Assembly: GCF_009914755.1 (NCBI RefSeq)
Contig: NC_060947.1
DNA: 64,000 bases
Strand: one strand, 5' to 3'
Source: the human T2T-CHM13v2.0 reference genome, Homo sapiens
Part shown: positions 56,128 to 64,000 of the stretch, one piece after another
How positions within the stretch are numbered: position 1 is the first letter of the stretch
How the letters are laid out: the number at the start of each line of letters is the position of its first letter
The notes under the pieces: generated by a model
Databases searched by the model: none
What the model saw: the letters and a program-made list of their open reading frames with translations, nothing else
What the model was told of the DNA's origin: nothing
Translations under genes and position numbers: made by a program

Positions 56128-56640
56128 GTCCCTCCCTCCCTCCTTCTTTCCTTCCTCCTCTCCCCCTTCCCTCTTTTCTCTCTTACCCTCCTTTTCCCTG
56201 TTTTCCTTCTTTCCCTCCCTCCCTTCTTCCTCTCCTCCTCCATTCCCTTTTTCCTCCCTCTTCCTTCCTCCCTCCCTTCCTTCTTTCTCTCTCCCTCCAT
56301 TTTTTCCTTCCTTCCCTCGCTACTTTCCTTCCTTCCTCTCTTCTTTCTCCCTCCTCCCTTCCTCTCTTCCCTCTTTTCTCTTTCCTTTCCTTCCTTCCAT
56401 CTTTTCTTCCTTCCTCCCTTTCTTCCTTTCACCTTCCCTCCCTCCTTCCTTCCCTTCTTCTTTCCTTCCTCTCCTCCCCCCTTACCTCTTTCTTTCCTCC
56501 CTTCCTCCCTTCCTTTACTCCTTTCTTGATTCCCTCCCACCCTCCTTTTCTTTTCCTCCCTCCCTCCCTCCTTCCCTCCCTTCGTTCCTTTGTCTGAACT
56601 CTCTTTCCTCCATTCCCTCCCTCCTTCCTTCCTTTTCTCC
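56128..56640. repeat. ~510-bp polypyrimidine/polypurine (CCTT/CCCT)n low-complexity tract
   Basis: Direct reading. Confidence 0.95.
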
Positions 56641-58372
56641 GCCATGCACATCCCAACATCATTTTTCTGTGCTCATCCCAAAACCAAAGGTTTATGTATA
56701 CCAGGTATATGTGCCTTCAAACCTAGACTAAAGGTCAGAACCATCTACTTTGAGATGTCTATATAGAAGCATCCAGACCCCATCCACTTCATCTTGGCAA
56801 ACACATGCGCCATCGAGAGACTGGCTGTGCCTGCAGGTTTAGAACGCTTGACTTAACGCCCACTGAGAGTGGTGAAGTATGTCCTGGCACAATGCGATCC
56901 TTTCTCCACGGCACCGTGTAGTGACAGACACGCTGGGAGCTATTCTTGTTTCCTCCTGTCACCTCCAGTGCTGGAAGGGAACAGTGATGGTATGCAGAAA
57001 TATGCCCTCCTGTTCTGTGAGTCATCATCTGAGTGTGTGCTCTGCAAAATGGCGTTAAACTTGGCAGCTCACACCATGACAGCAGATAAGGTGCATCCCA
57101 TACTTTCTCCTTGCGGGCATCAGTTTGGTTCATTCTCTGCACCTGGTGACCAGGGAATCCTTCTCTGCCCTGGAGTGATCGGGCCACCACCCAATTTACA
57201 ATAAACAAATAACTACCAACTGCAACTGAAGTCCTTGTCATCCACTGACGAATACCTAGCTCACCAGACTGTGCCCGACAGTGAAATTCCCCATTTCCTT
57301 CTTTTATGGGGCTGCCATGGAGGTGTGATCACTTAAACTATTTGTATTTGAATCCACACGTTGCATTTCACATGAGATGTAAGTTCTGAGTAACTTCCTT
57401 GAGGAATCATTTGAGTCATTCTAATACCTTTCCAATGAATTAAAAGAGCTCACTGCATTAATACACTCAGTGTTATTTCAGGGATGTTTCCCATGGGCGG
57501 AAGAAACAAAAATAGAGGCTTCAGACGGACTGACATTCGAGCTCTGGGTACCTCAATGAACTCTCTCTACCTGCAGCTTTTGATTTCAGTAGCATCAGAG
57601 CGTCTCTCCAAGTTCTAGCAGTTATTCCTTCCTCATCTCTTCCAGCCATGTCAGGGCCTTCATGAAAGCTAGAAGCACCCTCAACACAGACCATGAATGG
57701 CAACGTGAATGTATTCCCTAAATGCAGGGTGGAAATCACAGGCTCTAAGCCAAGTGATTTTAAGAAACAGATTCATGGCATTAAAAGCACTCAATAACAG
57801 AGAGATCATTGTGGTATTCTCTTCTCACGGCTCTCTCAGACCTTCGTGATGTCTTGGTAAAAGCGTCCATTTGGTGTCAGCAGTGATAACGATCACCTCA
57901 TGGAACTAATTAACTTCCTTTATCTTTTTCTGTCTTTTTTCCTTTTTTTTTTTTTATTTTTTTTTAATAATGAGAGAGCCAGCCTCAGTCTCATAGCCTT
58001 TGGAAGTCAGGAAGAGCTAATGAGAATTTAACAGCATTATTTAGATTTCACTATTGTTTTAATGGTTCCATAAAATGTATGAGGAATGATTCTAGCTTTC
58101 CACTTAAGATAATCATATAAAGTTTATTTTCAAATCATGTAAGGAGGAAAAGAAAAAGCATATGTTTTTAATGAGAGTAAGTAAAGAGAGTGTTTGCAGA
58201 CCAAGTCGGTAATACGTTTGGATGCCAATGTAGCGAAGATTGAATGAGTATAGCCATGTTGGGAAACTCTCATGGAAGTCTTTAGGCTTCAAGAGGATGA
58301 AATTCTCTGCAAGGGCAGACACCGCCTATCTCAGTGCTGTCACAAAAGAGGGCCTGGCCCTGATTTCACAGG

Positions 58373-59176
58373 GTATTAGAGATTGAATACTGTCTCCCCA
58401 TAAATTAAGATACGCTGAAGTCATAACCCCAGTATCTCAGTATGTGAGCTTATTTGGAAATAGGGTAACTGCAGATATGACTATTTATGTTAAGTTGAGG
58501 TCATACTAGAGTAGGGTGAGCTTCTAATGCACCTTGGCAGATGCTCTTATATGAAGACGGCCATGTGGAGACAGAGACACACAGGGAGGCCGTAAGATGA
58601 CAAAGACACAGAGTGGGATGGTGCACCTGCAAGGTAGGAATGCCAAAGACTGCACCCAAACACCAGTAACTAAGAAGGAGCAAGGAAATACCCTCCCCCT
58701 ACAGATTTGGAGGGAACTTGGCCCTGCAAGCACCTTCATTTGCAACTTCTGGCCTTAGAAAGCGTGAACCGATACATTTCTGTTGTTATAAGACACACCG
58801 TTTTTGGTGCTTTTTTTTTTTTTTTTTTTTTTTTAAGACAAAGGTTTCGGTCTGTCACCCAGGTTGGAGTGCAGTGGTGCAAACATGGCCCACTGCAGCC
58901 TTGACCTCCTGAGCTCAAGTGATCCCTCTGCCTCAGCCTCCTGAGAAGCTGAGACTCTCGGCATATGCTACCATGCACAGCTAAATTTTTTCATTTGTTT
59001 TGTAGAGACGGACTCTCACTATGTTGCCTAGGCTGGTCTTAAACTCTTGGCCTCCTCAGGTGATCCTCCTGCCTCGGCCTCCCAAAGTGCTGGGGTTACA
59101 GGCATGAGCCACTGCGCCCAGCATAGCCATACAGTTTTGGATACTCTGATAACAGCAGTCCCAACAAACTAATAAA
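58373..59176 (+). mobile_element. MLT1 (MLT1C-like) LTR interrupted by an Alu
   Basis: TTATTTGGAAATAGGG...GAGGTCATACTAGAGTAGGGTG...GAATGCCAAAGACTGC...CATTTCTGTTGTTATAAG; resumes TAACAGCAGTCCCAACAAACTAATA after the Alu. Confidence 0.82.
58811..59122 (-). mobile_element. AluJ-like, full length, nested in MLT1
   Basis: Poly(T), CACTGCAGCCTTGACCTCCTGAGCTCAAGTGATCC...GAGCCACTGCGCCCAGC. Confidence 0.93.
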
Positions 59177-60009
59177 CAAGGTTTACTTTAAAAAAAGTAT
59201 TAATTTGATTTCAATCATTTCTTCACACAAAAAAGAACCGTTGAGTGATAGACAAGCATTTGCATCAAATGTGGGTCCCTCCTCTCTTCTCCTCTGGGTA
59301 GCCTTTCTCAGACCAAATCTACAAAGTCTGATTATTGAAAGGTGGTATCCAGGTGATACCTTTTCCACTCCAAAAACATGCTGTACTTTCGCCAAGGGCA
59401 CAAAACATTCTCAAACCACTCCCTACCCAAACCACTTTGGAATCTTTGTACAGTATGCCAGCTGCTAAACACGTAGGCATTGAAACCACCAGCATCCCCA
59501 GATCTTCTAAGGATTACTGTGCATAACTCATGTGTGGCAGGGCCACTGCAGTCTCAGAGCCTCATTCCGCACGGGAAGATTTACCCTCCCTGGGCGACAG
59601 GCACATCTTTCTCTCTCATTCAGTGTAAAGAGGCTCAGGGTGATGATGGAGGCACACACTGGTAGAACAGAATGACACCCCATCCATTTCCACAGTTACA
59701 TTATTAGACAAGAGAAAATGAAAAAATGCCACAATGTTTGGAGCTATTTAGGTTGTTTTGGGTTCTTTTCTCCCATGGTTTGCAGAGAATCCGCTCAGCA
59801 GAATATTGGCAGACTCTGTTGTATATATGCTTTTTGTATATTTTATATTTTCTACTATATTTAGGCCAATAAATGAGCTTTCCTGTGAGATACACATGTA
59901 TGTGTGTTTGTGTGTGTGTGTTTATGTATGCATGACATATAGCAATATGATACAAATATCATATATTTTCATTTTCTCTCTCTAGTTATTTATATAGCAG
60001 AGAAAATAC

Positions 60010-60230
60010 AAACGTATTTGTGTATATATATATTTGTATTTGTATATATATTGTATATATATAGTATTTGTATATATATTTGTATTTGTATATACAAATA
60101 TATTTGTGTGTATATATATACAAATACAAATATAAATGTACTATATTATACAAATAGGAATATCTATATTTTTATATAGACATTAAATATATATAGGAAT
60201 ATATATTTATATTTCTTTATAATTATTATG
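60010..60230. repeat. (TA)-rich degenerate repeat
   Basis: Direct reading. Confidence 0.9.
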
Positions 60231-60355
60231 ATATTTGTTTTCATTCCTATGGCCAGGCAATCAACACAGTTCCCCAAGTGGTACATGTGCTGTGATATCC
60301 TTGCAAATTAACAAAAGAGATATGGTTGAAATTAGACTTAAAACTCTGTAATGAG

Positions 60356-60960
60356 GGCTGGTGTGATGGCTCACACCTGTAATCTCAGCACTTTTGGAGG
60401 CTGAGGTGGGAAGATCACTTGAGCCCAAGAGTTTGAGACCAGCTCGGGTGACACAGCAAAACCCTGTCTCTAACAAAATAAAATTAGCTGAGTAAGGTGG
60501 TGTGCACCTGTAGTCCCAGCTATTCAGAAGGCTGATGTGGGAGGATCCCTTGAGCCCAGGAGTTTGAGAGAAGCCTGGGCAACATAGCAAACCCTGTGTC
60601 TACAAAAATCCATGTAAGGGCATGGTGGTGCACGCCTGTAGTCCCAGCTACTCAAGAGGCTGAGATGGGAGGATCACATGAACCCATGAGCTCGAGGCTT
60701 CAGTGAGCTATGATTGCGCCACTATACTCCAGCCTAGGCAACAGAGTGAGACCCTCTTTCTACCAAAAAAAAAAAATTAAAAATTAGCCAGGCATGGTGG
60801 CAGGCACCTGTAGTCCCAGCTACTCAGGAGGCTGAGGCAGGAGGATGGCTTGAGCCTAGGAGTTCAAGGAGGCTGTAGTGAGCTACTGTTGCACCACTGC
60901 ACTCCAGTGTGGGCAACAGAGTGAGACTGTGTCTCTAAAACAACAAGGACAAAAACAAAA
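60356..60960 (+). mobile_element. Composite AluJ-like array of four head-to-tail monomers
   Basis: Monomers at ~60356-60482, 60483-60608, 60618-60776 and 60783-60960, each with CCTGTA(A/G)TC(C/T)CAGC...GGCTGA. Confidence 0.88.
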
Positions 60961-61094
60961 CCGTTTAATCAGCTGTTAACAGAACCATCATATATGTATG
61001 AGTCCTGCACCTGCAGGTAGGAACTCTGGAATTCCCAATGGGCAATTAGAACTCTAGTAAAAATCTGGTTTGACAGTTAAGTGTTTTACTCCTA

Positions 61095-64000
<2,906 letters not shown>

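Noticed and set aside
56079-56731. 190-201 aa Lys/Glu/Gly- and Pro/Ser/Phe-rich ORFs
   Set aside because: Purine-only or pyrimidine-only tracts cannot contain stop codons; artefact.

Overview
Primate (almost certainly human) genomic DNA holding the 3' end of the neuroligin-4 gene on the minus strand. The residues match NLGN4X (Xp22.3) as I recall them, rather than NLGN4Y. It contains the penultimate coding exon (61321-62110, 790 nt, cholinesterase-like domain), a 9.4 kb last intron, the last exon CDS (51073-51922; stalk, TM helix, gephyrin motif, PDZ ligand HSTTRV) and a ~2.8 kb 3'UTR ending at an AATAAA near 48320. Positions 1-48 kb are AT-rich intergenic DNA with Alu, L1, L2, MIR, MaLR/ERV LTRs, Tigger/hAT MITEs and simple repeats. 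All other listed ORFs look like repeat, low-complexity or antisense artefacts. I see no novel multi-gene system. The best leads are post-transcriptional (inverted Alus flanking the 790-nt exon, a read-through ORF plus intronic ATTAAA, a CPE abutting the poly(A) hexamer) and structural (an inverted LTR end fused to a truncated Alu, an orphan L1 RT fragment, a four-monomer Alu, a diverged ~85-bp duplication). Repeat family names and boundaries are by eye, not from RepeatMasker.
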